Shown: piece after piece, positions 38,171 to 47,581 of the stretch | How the letters are laid out: each line of letters starts with the position of its first letter | Position numbering within the stretch: the stretch's first letter is position 1 | From: an uncultured Acidobacteriota bacterium | Lineage (GTDB): Bacteria > Acidobacteriota > JAQAZP01 | DNA length: 64,000 nt | Direction of reading: 5' to 3' | Assembly: GCA_963836075.1 (NCBI GenBank) | Contig: CAWIIB010000009.1 | Location: 2,912,001 to 2,976,000, forward strand | Program-made: the position numbers and the translations under genes | The notes under the pieces: generated by a model | The model's input: only the letters and a program-made list of their open reading frames with translations | The model's database searches: none | Told to the model about the DNA's origin: nothing

Positions 38171-39823
38171 ATGCCCGGATGGAATCGTAACCTGCTGATC
38201 GCCCTGCTGGCGGCCGGCCTCTGGCTTGCCGGGTGCGGCAGTCCGCCCGCCGAAACAGTGGCGCAGTCCGGCCCGGTGCGGGGCGGGACCATGGTGGTGG
38301 CCTGGACCAATGACGCCGATCTGCTCAACCCGGTGGTCCAGCAGACGATGCTGGCCTCCCACGTGGACACGCTGATCTTTCCCAACCCCACCACCGAGGT
38401 GTTCGAGGATTGCCGCCTCACGGTGCAGCCTTTTCTGGCCGAAAGCTGGGTCCGCGGTGAGGACGGCCTGTCGCTGACCATGACCCTCAGGGACGATGTG
38501 GTGTGGGATGACGGCACTCCGGTGACCGCCGACGACGTGATCCTGACCCACCAGCTGATGGCCGACCCGGAGGCGGCCAGCCCGCGCTACAACCAGACCG
38601 AACGCATCGCCGGGGTGGACAAGGTGGATCCGCACACGGTGCGCTTCCGTTTCACCGAGCCATACGACCGGGAGACCCAGCTCTACCAGGCGTCCCAGGA
38701 TCTGCTGCCGGCGCACCTCTACCGTGATGCCGACCGGAAGAACCTGCGCCGCCACCCGTTGGGCGAGCATCCGGTGGGCGCCGGTCCGTACCGTCTCGAA
38801 CGCTGGGAGCGGAACCAGGAACTGGTGCTCTCGGCCAATCCCGACGTGACCCTCACCGATCCGCCCTATATCGAGCGGGTGGTCTTCCGCATCATCCCCG
38901 AGTACACCACCCGGCTCACCGAGCTGATCCTCGGGCGGGTGGACGTGATGGACGGAATCGAGGTGGAGGACGTGGCGCGTCTCCGGCGGGAAAACCCCGA
39001 GATCCGCATTCTGCCCCGCGGCTGGCGCTGGATGGATTATGTGGCCTGGAATAGCCGCGATCCGCTTTTTGCCGACCCGAAGGTGCGCCGGGCACTGACC
39101 ATGTGCATCGACCGCGACCTGTTGATCGAGGTGCTGCTCACCGGCGGGGGCCAGAGTGTGGGACGGCCCGCTGTCGGCACCGTTTCGCCGGAACTCTGCG
39201 GGGCCTGCAACGAGGCCATCGAGCCGCTGCCCCACGACCCCAGGGCGGCTCTGGCCCTGCTCAACGACCTGGGCTGGAAGGACAGTGACGGCGATGGCGT
39301 GCTGGACAAGGACGGCACCCCGTTCAGCTTCACGCTCAAGACCAATGCCGGGAACCCGCGCCGCGAGCAGGCCTGCGTGCTGATCCAGTCCCAGCTCAAG
39401 GAGGTGGGAATCGATGCGCAGTTGGCGCTGCTGGAAGGCATGGTGCTCTTCGAGCAGATGCGGAACAAGGACTTCCAGGCCGCCCTGGGGGGCTGGTCGG
39501 CGGCCCTCTACGTCGATCCCCGGGCTTTCTGGCACAGCGGTGACGAGTATGTCTTCAACTTCACATCCTACAGCAATTCCGCGGTTGACGAGCTGATCGC
39601 CCGGGGGGAAGGGGAGACAGACATCGAGGCGGCCAACGCCATCTGGCACGAGTTGCAGGAACTGATCTACGAGGACCAGCCGTACACCTTCCTCTACTGG
39701 ATCAATAACCTGATGGCGATCCACCAGCGGTTCGAAGGGGTGGAAGCCAATCTGCTCACTCCGTTCTACGGTCTGCAGCGCTGGTGGGAGAACCCTGACT
39801 GGGAGCGGGAACGGGACTATTGA
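38171..39823 (+). CDS. ABC transporter substrate-binding lipoprotein, family 5 (Opp/Dpp)
   Basis: Lipobox LAGC; LAESW, WDDGTPVTADDV, GAGPY, VRRAL...IDR. Confidence 0.92.
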   Translation: MPGWNRNLLIALLAAGLWLAGCGSPPAETVAQSGPVRGGTMVVAWTNDADLLNPVVQQTMLASHVDTLIFPNPTTEVFEDCRLTVQPFLAESWVRGEDGLSLTMTLRDDVVWDDGTPVTADDVILTHQLMADPEAASPRYNQTERIAGVDKVDPHTVRFRFTEPYDRETQLYQASQDLLPAHLYRDADRKNLRRHPLGEHPVGAGPYRLERWERNQELVLSANPDVTLTDPPYIERVVFRIIPEYTTRLTELILGRVDVMDGIEVEDVARLRRENPEIRILPRGWRWMDYVAWNSRDPLFADPKVRRALTMCIDRDLLIEVLLTGGGQSVGRPAVGTVSPELCGACNEAIEPLPHDPRAALALLNDLGWKDSDGDGVLDKDGTPFSFTLKTNAGNPRREQACVLIQSQLKEVGIDAQLALLEGMVLFEQMRNKDFQAALGGWSAALYVDPRAFWHSGDEYVFNFTSYSNSAVDELIARGEGETDIEAANAIWHELQELIYEDQPYTFLYWINNLMAIHQRFEGVEANLLTPFYGLQRWWENPDWERERDY

Positions 39824-39845
39824 TGACGGGACCGACGGAGGACGG

Positions 39846-40815
39846 ATGATCCGCTTCATCCTCAAGCGACTGCTCCACGCCGTGCCGATCCTGCTCGGTG
39901 TCTCGGTCCTCCTCTTCTTCGTCATGCACCTCGCCCCCGGTGACCCGTCCTACTACTACTTCACCACCGACAGTTCGCCGGAGACCCAGGGCCGCATGGC
40001 GGAAAACCTCGGGCTGGACCAGCCGCTGGGCGTCCAGTTCATCCGCTGGATCTCGGCTTTTGCCCGCTTCGACTTCCAGGTACTCGTTGATCCACAACCG
40101 GCCGGTGACCGGCCTGATCCTCGAGGCGCTGCCCCGCACGCTGGTCCTCTCCTCGGCGGCGCTGCTGCTGATGTTCGGCGGCGGCATCCTGCTCGGTGTC
40201 TTTTCCGCGGCCCGGCGCAACTCCCTGGCCGACCACGCGGTGAGCGTGGTCTCGCTCTTCTTTTACTCCATGCCCACTTTCTGGCTGGCGCTGATGCTGA
40301 TCCTGCTCTTTTCCCTGCTGCTGCCGATCATGCCCGCCTCGGGCCTCAGTTCGCCCAATGCCGACCTGCTGCCGCCGCTGCAGCGGCTGCTGGACCGGCT
40401 GTGGCACCTGGCGCTTCCGGCGCTGACCCTCGGCCTCTCCGGTGCGGCGGGCATCGCCCGCTACGCCCGGGGCAGCCTGCTGGAGGTGGCCGGGCAGGAC
40501 TACATCCGCACCGCCCGGGCCAAGGGGCTCTCCGAGCGCCAGGTGCTGTTCAAGCACTCGCTGCGCAACGGTCTGATCCCGGTGATCACCCTCTTCGGGC
40601 TCTCGCTGCCCTTCCTTTTTGGCGGGTCGGTGCTGGTGGAGTGGATCTTTGCCTGGCACGGCATGGGCTGGCTGATGGTCAGCGCCATCGGCCAGCGGGA
40701 CTACCCGCTGGTCATCGGCTGCACTTTCTTCTACAGCCTGATGGTCATACTGGGCAACCTGGTGGCTGACCTGCTCTACCGTGCGGCCGATCCGCGGATC
40801 AGGAGGCAGCCATGA
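39846..40815 (+). CDS. Opp/DppB-type ABC permease (frameshift near 40077)
   Basis: MIRFILKRLL...GLDQPL..QF in one frame; YSLIHNRPV...DYIRTARAKGL...VEWIF...RDYP in the next. Confidence 0.88.
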
Positions 40816-41661
40816 ACGGCCCCTTTGCCCGCTTCAGGCAGAACCGGCTGGCCCTGGCCGGGCTGGCCCTGATCGTTTTTATGTATCTCGGCGCACTGCT
40901 GGCCCCGCTGCTGGCGCCCTACGCCCCCGGACCAGTCCCTCGACCTGATCGGCAACCGCAGCGCCGCTCCCTCGGCACGGCACATCCTGGGCACGGACCG
41001 TTATGCCCGCGACATCTTCAGCCGGCTGCTCTACGGCGCGCGGATCTCGCTCACCGTGGGGTTTGTGGCGGTGAGCATCTCCCTGGTCATCGGCACCCTG
41101 GTGGGCCTGCTGGCCGGCCAGCTGGGCGGCTGGGTGGACAGCATACTGATGCGCCTGGTGGACCTGCTGATTTCCTTCCCCCGGCTGGTGCTGCTGCTGG
41201 CGGTGGCCGCCTTCTTCAACCGCTCGATCCTGCTGATCATGGTGCTGCTGGGCCTCACCGGCTGGATGACCACCGCCCGGGTGATCCGCGGCGAGATCCT
41301 CGCCCTGCGCGAGCGGGAGTTCGTCCTCGCCGCCGGCGCCCTGGGCGCCTCGCCGGTGCGGGTGGCCTTGCGCCACCTGCTGCCAAACTGCCTGGCGCCG
41401 CTGGTGGTCACCGCCACCCTCGGCCTGGGCCAGGCCATCCTGGTGGAGGCCGGTCTGAGTTTCCTCGGCCTCGGCGTGCCGCCGCCCACCGCCAGCTGGG
41501 GCGCCATGGTCAACGAGGGGCGGCACCTGCTGCTGGAGGCCCCCTGGATCACCACTTTCCCCGGCCTGGCCATCGTCTTCGCCGTGCTCTGTTTCAACCT
41601 GGTGGGTGATGCTTTGCGGGACGCGTTCGACCCCCGTCTGGAAGGGGTGAAGGAGGGGTGA
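40812..41661 (+). CDS. Opp/DppC-type ABC permease (frameshift near 40927)
   Basis: HILGTDRYARDIFSRLLYGARISL follows the shift; EFVLAA.ALG, EAGLSFLGLG, SWG.M, NLVGDALRD. Confidence 0.88.
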
Positions 41662-42767
41662 GCGGGGTGATAAACGTTCTCTGCTACGTTTCGGGGCACG
41701 GGTATGGGCACATCACCCGGACCATCGCCCTGATCCACGCCCTGGTGGACGCGCACCCGGAGATCGGCCTCTTCGTGCGCACCGCCGCTCCCCGCTGGCT
41801 GCTGGACGCCTGTGTCGCGCACCCGGTGGACCAGACCGACCTGGCCATCGACGCCGGGGTGCTGGAGCAGGGCCCCCTGCACCAGGATGCGGAGGGGACC
41901 CTGGCCCGCTGCGCGAGGATCATGGAGCAGCGGGACGAGATCATCGGGCGTGAGACCGCCTGGTGCTCGGACCGGAAGATTTCGGTGATCGTCAGCGACA
42001 TCCCGCCCCTGGCCTCGGAGATCGGCGCCCGGGCCGGGATCCCGGTGGTGGCCATCGGCAACTTCTCCTGGGACTATATCTACCAACCCTGGGAGGAGGC
42101 TTTCCCGCAGCACGCCGGCCTGGTGCAGGCGATTCGAGAGGCGTATGACAAAACCAGCCTGTTGCTGCGCCTGCCGCTGGCCCACGTGATGGACGCCTTT
42201 CCCCGGCAGCGGGACATCCCCTTCATCGCCCGTGCCCGCAGCTGGCCGGCAGGGGAGGGTCGCCGGCGGCTGGGGATCCCCGGCGGCGAGTCACGGCCGC
42301 TGGTGCTGGTGTCCATGCGCATGGAGCACCGCCTGGCCCGGGCGGTGAACCGGCTGGTGGCCCACGGTGAGTTCGTGGTGGCCACCTTTGACCAGCGGGA
42401 CCTGGAACCGGCGGAGAACCTGGTGCTGCTGCCCGCCGCGCTGCAGAGCCGTTTCCCCGACGTGCTGGCCACGGCCGATGCGCTGGTCTCCAAGCTGGGC
42501 TACAGTATGTGCGCCGAGGCCGTGGCCGGCCGCACGCCGGTGCTCTACGCCCCGCGCTTCGATTACCGCGAGCACGACGTGCTGGCCGCCGGCATCGGCC
42601 GCTACGTGCCGGCGCTTCCCATGCCCGTGGAGGATCACGGGGGCGAGACCTGGCCCGATCTGCTCCGCCGGTTGCTGGCCGCAGCCATGCCCCCGGCCCC
42701 GCCGGTGAACGGCGCCGACATCGCCGCCCGCTTCATTTGGGGACAGTTACCTGGGAAGAAAGGGTGA
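41658..42767 (+). CDS. GT-B glycosyltransferase-like protein (L-arabinokinase N-terminal type)
   Basis: YVSGHGYGHITR, IVSDIPPL, NFSWDYIY, VSKLGYS. Confidence 0.8.
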   Translation: MSGVINVLCYVSGHGYGHITRTIALIHALVDAHPEIGLFVRTAAPRWLLDACVAHPVDQTDLAIDAGVLEQGPLHQDAEGTLARCARIMEQRDEIIGRETAWCSDRKISVIVSDIPPLASEIGARAGIPVVAIGNFSWDYIYQPWEEAFPQHAGLVQAIREAYDKTSLLLRLPLAHVMDAFPRQRDIPFIARARSWPAGEGRRRLGIPGGESRPLVLVSMRMEHRLARAVNRLVAHGEFVVATFDQRDLEPAENLVLLPAALQSRFPDVLATADALVSKLGYSMCAEAVAGRTPVLYAPRFDYREHDVLAAGIGRYVPALPMPVEDHGGETWPDLLRRLLAAAMPPAPPVNGADIAARFIWGQLPGKKG

Positions 42768-42950
42768 CAGTCACCAATTTTCAACTAGGATTTACAAGGA
42801 TTTCAGCTGATTTTCCACGGTGACAGTCACCTGTTTTGATGGAGGCGAGTGGATGGCTGGAAACAGGTGACTGTCACGGTCCTTTGAAGATAGTTAATTG
42901 TAAGATATACATATAAATGTATTTAAAACAATAGGTGGCTGTCACCTTTT
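42759..42950. mobile_element. MITE/REP-like AT-rich element with nested inverted repeats built from GGTGAC(A/T)GTCACC
   Basis: Palindrome copies at 42763, 42819, 42866 and 42934 (plus a degenerate one at 42739); perfect 17-bp inner IR GTGACAGTCACCTGTTT/AAACAGGTGACTGTCAC; no ORF. Confidence 0.6.
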
Positions 42951-43019
42951 TCTGAAACACTGCAACGGAACCTGCGTATTGTATTATGACATAGGTACAA
43001 TCGTCCGGAGGCGGTAGCG

Positions 43020-43748
43020 ATGACCGGCAAGCAGGGACAGGACAATGGCCTCATCTTCGACGCCCGGGGCCTGACCAAGGTCTACCACATGGGCGAGGTG
43101 CAGGTACACGCCCTGCGCGGGGTGGACCTGGAACTGCGCCAGTCGGAGTTCACCGTCCTGCTGGGCCCCTCCGGCAGCGGCAAGTCCACGCTGCTCAACA
43201 TCCTGGGCGGCCTGGACACACCCACCGCGGGGCAGGTCTTCTACCGCGGCAAGGAGATCACCCTGGTGGGTGACGCCGAGCTGACCCAGTATCGCCGGCA
43301 CCACGTGGGATTCGTATTCCAGTTCTACAACCTGATCCCCAGCCTCACCGCCCGGGAGAACGTGGCCCTGGTCACCGAGATCGTACCCGACCCCCTGGCC
43401 CCGGCCGAGGCCCTGGGGCTGGTGGGCCTGGGAGACCGGGTGGACCATTTCCCGTCCCAGCTTTCCGGTGGAGAACAGCAGCGGGTGGCCATCGCCCGGG
43501 CCATCGCGAAAAGGCCCGACGTCCTGCTCTGCGACGAGCCCACCGGCGCACTGGATGTCTCCACCGGCATCGTTGTTCTGGAGGCCATCGAAACGGTGAA
43601 CAGGGAACTGGGCACCACCACCGCGGTGATCACCCACAACGCGGCCATCTCCGAGATGGCTGACACGGTGGTCCGGCTCTCCAACGGAAAGATCGCCTCG
43701 GTGGAACACAACACGACCAAGATCCATCCCCGGGAGCTTCACTGGTGA
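43020..43748 (+). CDS. ABC exporter ATP-binding subunit (MacB/LolD-like)
   Basis: [39 protein letters not shown]. Confidence 0.95.
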   Translation: MTGKQGQDNGLIFDARGLTKVYHMGEVQVHALRGVDLELRQSEFTVLLGPSGSGKSTLLNILGGLDTPTAGQVFYRGKEITLVGDAELTQYRRHHVGFVFQFYNLIPSLTARENVALVTEIVPDPLAPAEALGLVGLGDRVDHFPSQLSGGEQQRVAIARAIAKRPDVLLCDEPTGALDVSTGIVVLEAIETVNRELGTTTAVITHNAAISEMADTVVRLSNGKIASVEHNTTKIHPRELHW

Positions 43749-43752
43749 TACC

Positions 43753-46116
43753 ATGAAACCGCTGAACATCAAGCTGTTTCGCGACCTGTGGCAGATCAAG
43801 GGCCAGGCCCTGGCCATCAGTATGGTCATCGCAGCCGGGGTGGCGATGTATATCGCCTACATCAGCACCTTCCAGTCGCTGGACCTGACCCAGCAGACCT
43901 ACTACGAGCGCTACCGTTTCGGCGACGTGTTCGCTTCACTGAAGCGGGCTCCGCTGAGGCTCCAGGACCGCATCGAGGAGATCCCCGGGGTGGCCCGGGT
44001 GGAGACCCGGGTGGTGGTGGGGGTGAACCTCGACGTGGAGGGATCCGAGGAACCGCTCACCGGCCGGCTGATCTCGATCCCCGAGCTGGACCGGGCCACG
44101 CTGAACGACATCTTCCTGCGCAAGGGCCGCTACATCGAACCCAACCGCCAGGACGAGGTGCTGGTCACCGAGGGCTTCGCCCTGGCCCACAACCTCGACC
44201 CGGGAGACACCGTGGCCGCGGTGATCAACGGCCGCCGGCGGGAGCTGGAGATCGTCGGTATCGCCCTCTCCCCGGAGTATGTCTACAACATCGCCCCCGG
44301 GGCGATGATGCCCGACGACAGCCGCTTCGGTATCTTCTGGATGGAGCAGAAAGCCCTTTCCACCGCTTTTGACATGGAGGGCGGGTTCAACGACGTTTCC
44401 CTGTCCCTGATGCCCGGGGCCCAGGAGGACGAGGTCATCGCCCGTCTGGACCGCCTGCTGGAACCGTACGGCGGGCTGGGCGCCTTGCCCCGCGCGCTCC
44501 AGGCGTCCCACTTCTATCTCGATGCGGAGCTGGCCGGCCTCAAGGGCGCGGGGCTGATGATCCCAGTGATCTTTCTCGCCGTGGCCGCCTTTCTGCTCAA
44601 TGTGGTGCTGCTGCGCATCGTGGCGGTGCAGCGGCCGCAGATCGCCGCCCTGAAAGCGCTGGGCTACACCAACCTCGAGATCGGCCGGCACTACACCGGC
44701 TGGAGCCTGGTGGTCTCCCTGGTGGGCGGCGCCATCGGCGTGGCCAGCGGCGCCTGGCTCGGTTCAGCCATGACCACCCTCTATGGCGACTTTTTCCGCT
44801 TCCCGATCCTGCAGTACCGGCTGGATCCCGGTGTGCTGGTGGGGGCGCTGGTGGTCAGCGTGGTCGCCGCCGTGCTGGGCGCCTTCGGCTCGGTGAAACG
44901 GGCGGTGGTGCTGCCCCCGGCCGAAGCCATGCGCCCCGAGCCGCCGTCGGGCTACGGAGTGAGCTGGGTCGAACGGCTGGGCCTCAAGCGGTTTTTCAGC
45001 CAGCCGGTGCGGATGATCATGCGCAACATCCAGCGCCGTCCCTGGCGCACCATGGCCTCGGTGATCGGCATCTCTTTCGGTGCGGCGATGATGGTGGTGG
45101 GGATGTTCTGGATCGACGCCATGGACCTGATGATGGACGTACAGTACAACGTGGCCCAGCGCCAGGACATCACGGTAACATTTGTGGAGCCGGCCTCCTC
45201 ACGTTCGCTGCACGAGATCGAGCGGATGCCCGGGGTGATCCATGCCGAGACTCTGCGCTCGGTGCCGGTGCGCCTGCGCTACGGCCACCGTTCCCGCATG
45301 GGCTCGATCACCGGCCTGGCCGCCGGGGCCCGCCTCAGCCGGGTGGTGAACACCGATTTCCGCCCGGTGACCATTCAGCCCCAGGGCCTGGTGCTCTCTT
45401 CGAAACTGGGCCAGATCCTCGGGGTGCGGGCCGGTGACGAGGTGATCGTGGAGGTGCTGGAGGGGCGGCGCCCCACCCGCACCGTGGTGGTCACCGAGCT
45501 GGTTGACGAGTTTCTCGGCACCTCGGCCTACATGGAGTCTTCGGCGCTCCATGCATTGTTGCGCGAGGGGCACAGCCTCTCCGGCGCCTTTATCCAGGTT
45601 GATCCACTTCATGCCGCCCAGCTTTACCGCCGGCTCAAAGCCGTGCCCTTTGTGGCCGGGGTGGCGCTCAAATCGGCGGCGGTGGACAGTTTCTACGACA
45701 CCATCGGCGAGAGCCTGGGCATCATGATCTTCTTCAATGTTCTTTTTGCCGGGATCATTGCCTTTGGCGTGGTCTACAACGCGGCACGGATCTCGCTCTC
45801 CGAGCGGGGCCGCGAGCTGGCCAGCCTGCGGGTGATGGGCTTCACCCGGGGTGAGATCTCTTTTATCCTTCTTGGCGAGCTGGCCCTGGTGACCCTGGTT
45901 TCCCTGCCCATCGGCATGGCCCTGGGCTACTGGCTGTCGGCGCTGGTGGTCACCGCCTACGACACCGAGGTCTACCGCTTCCCGCTGGTGGTCTCGTCGA
46001 ATACATACGCGTACGCCGCCCTCACCGTGGGCGCGGCGTCGCTGATCTCCGGCGCGGTGGTCAAACGCAAGCTCAATAATCTCGATCTCGTCGAAGTCCT
46101 CAAGACCAGGGAGTGA
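43753..46116 (+). CDS. FtsX/MacB-family permease (duplicated)
   Basis: Two MacB_PCD-FtsX halves; QIAALKALGY and RELASLRVMGF. Confidence 0.9.
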   Translation: MKPLNIKLFRDLWQIKGQALAISMVIAAGVAMYIAYISTFQSLDLTQQTYYERYRFGDVFASLKRAPLRLQDRIEEIPGVARVETRVVVGVNLDVEGSEEPLTGRLISIPELDRATLNDIFLRKGRYIEPNRQDEVLVTEGFALAHNLDPGDTVAAVINGRRRELEIVGIALSPEYVYNIAPGAMMPDDSRFGIFWMEQKALSTAFDMEGGFNDVSLSLMPGAQEDEVIARLDRLLEPYGGLGALPRALQASHFYLDAELAGLKGAGLMIPVIFLAVAAFLLNVVLLRIVAVQRPQIAALKALGYTNLEIGRHYTGWSLVVSLVGGAIGVASGAWLGSAMTTLYGDFFRFPILQYRLDPGVLVGALVVSVVAAVLGAFGSVKRAVVLPPAEAMRPEPPSGYGVSWVERLGLKRFFSQPVRMIMRNIQRRPWRTMASVIGISFGAAMMVVGMFWIDAMDLMMDVQYNVAQRQDITVTFVEPASSRSLHEIERMPGVIHAETLRSVPVRLRYGHRSRMGSITGLAAGARLSRVVNTDFRPVTIQPQGLVLSSKLGQILGVRAGDEVIVEVLEGRRPTRTVVVTELVDEFLGTSAYMESSALHALLREGHSLSGAFIQVDPLHAAQLYRRLKAVPFVAGVALKSAAVDSFYDTIGESLGIMIFFNVLFAGIIAFGVVYNAARISLSERGRELASLRVMGFTRGEISFILLGELALVTLVSLPIGMALGYWLSALVVTAYDTEVYRFPLVVSSNTYAYAALTVGAASLISGAVVKRKLNNLDLVEVLKTRE

Positions 46117-46119
46117 GTA

Positions 46120-47313
46120 ATGAAACCGAAGCGCAAAACAGTCATCATCTGGTCCATCCTTATCCTGCTGGTGCTGCTGCTGGCCTGGGCCATGCGGCCC
46201 AAGCCGGTGGAAGCCGACTTCGCCACCATCCAACGCGGGTCGCTCCAGGTGACCATCGACGAGGAAGGGGAGACCCGGGTGCGCGACCGCTTCATGGTCT
46301 CGGCCCCCATGGCCGGCCGGGTGCTGCGTATCGAGCTGGAGCCCGGCGACCCGGTGGTGGGCGGCGAAACCGTTGTGGCCACCTTCAGGCCCTCCGACCC
46401 GGTGCTGCAGGATGCCCGGACCAGGGCCCAGAACGAAGCCCGGGTGGGGTCGGCCAAAGCCAGTCTGGGCACGGCCGAGGCCGAGGCGGAGCGGGCCAGG
46501 GCGGAACTGAACTTTGCCCTCAGCGAAGAGAAACGCTACCGCCGGCTGGCCGATGACGGGTTCATCTCAAGCGAGCGGCTGGAACGGGCGGAACTGGATG
46601 CACGGACCAGGGAGAAAGCCCTCTCTGCCGCCGAGTTCGCCGTCCGCTCTGCCGAGCAGGAACTGGCCGCGGCCCGGGCATCGCTGGTGGAAACCCCCAG
46701 GGCTGGTGACAAGCGAAACATCATCATCCGCGCCCCGGTGGACGGGGTGGTGCTGCAGCGCTTCCGCTGGAGCGAAGGGGTGGTGCCGGTGGGCGAGCCG
46801 CTGATCGAGATCGCCGACCCCGCCGACCTGGAGATCGTCTCCGACCTGCTCTCCTCCGATGCGGTGAAGGTGCGCCACGGCCAGAGGGTGCTCATCGAGC
46901 GCTGGGGCGGGGAGAAGGACCTGGAGGGTCTTGTCCGCCGGGTGGAACCATACGGTTTCACCAAGTACTCGGCCCTGGGCGTGGAGGAACAGCGGGTCAA
47001 CGTCATCGTCGACTTTGCCGACCCCCGGGAAGCCTGGGCCGCCCTGGGCGACGGCTACCGCGTCGAGCTGCGCATCGTGACCCAGGAAGCCGACGACGTC
47101 CTGCTGCTGCCCACCAGCAGCCTTTTCCGGGTGGGGGAGGAGCAGGCGGTGTTCGCCGTGCGCGACGGCAAGGCCACCCTGACCACCGTGGAGATCGGCA
47201 AGCGCAACGGCCTCCACGGTGAACTGCTCTCCGGCCTCGAGGAGGGGGACACGGTGATCGTCCACCCCGGCGACGCCGTCGAGGACGGGGTCAAGGTGGC
47301 GGCGAGGTCATAG
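46120..47313 (+). CDS. Periplasmic adaptor (HlyD/MacA family)
   Basis: N-terminal TM, VSAPMAGRV, coiled coil, IRAPVDGVV, SALGVEEQRV. Confidence 0.92.
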   Translation: MKPKRKTVIIWSILILLVLLLAWAMRPKPVEADFATIQRGSLQVTIDEEGETRVRDRFMVSAPMAGRVLRIELEPGDPVVGGETVVATFRPSDPVLQDARTRAQNEARVGSAKASLGTAEAEAERARAELNFALSEEKRYRRLADDGFISSERLERAELDARTREKALSAAEFAVRSAEQELAAARASLVETPRAGDKRNIIIRAPVDGVVLQRFRWSEGVVPVGEPLIEIADPADLEIVSDLLSSDAVKVRHGQRVLIERWGGEKDLEGLVRRVEPYGFTKYSALGVEEQRVNVIVDFADPREAWAALGDGYRVELRIVTQEADDVLLLPTSSLFRVGEEQAVFAVRDGKATLTTVEIGKRNGLHGELLSGLEEGDTVIVHPGDAVEDGVKVAARS

Positions 47314-47367
47314 ACGGATCGTCAATTCCGCCACACCGGATTGGCGCCGTGGGCGGCATCACCACCC

Positions 47368-47432
47368 ATCATCGCGAGGAGCCCGAAGGGTGACGGCTTT
47401 GCCCAATGACAGGAGGCTTCCCTCGCAATGAT
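47368..47432. repeat. Degenerate palindromic (REP/RPE-like) element
   Basis: ATCATCGCGAGG...CCTCGCAATGAT inverted ends; same family as the element at 59392..59502. Confidence 0.6.
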
Positions 47433-47476
47433 AACTATCTGAAGAATAAATACCTGGATTGATCACCGGCAAGTGG

Positions 47477-47485
47477 TGTTATAAT
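47477..47485 (+). promoter_or_regulatory. Extended -10 promoter element
   Basis: TGTTATAAT (TGn-TATAAT) about 100 nt upstream of ATG 47582. Confidence 0.5.
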
Positions 47486-47581
47486 CTCCGCTCTAGCCGT
47501 GGTTGCCCATCTGTGACCGGTCTGCAGGGAATGGTTCCCGCCGCAGCCGGGCCCGGTATTTTATTTCACTGGAGTTTCCTC

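Noticed and set aside
43020-47313. MacAB-like exporter as part of the PKS-like cluster
   Set aside because: It is separated by the AT-rich palindromic element and is a widespread stand-alone three-gene module; the link is unsupported.
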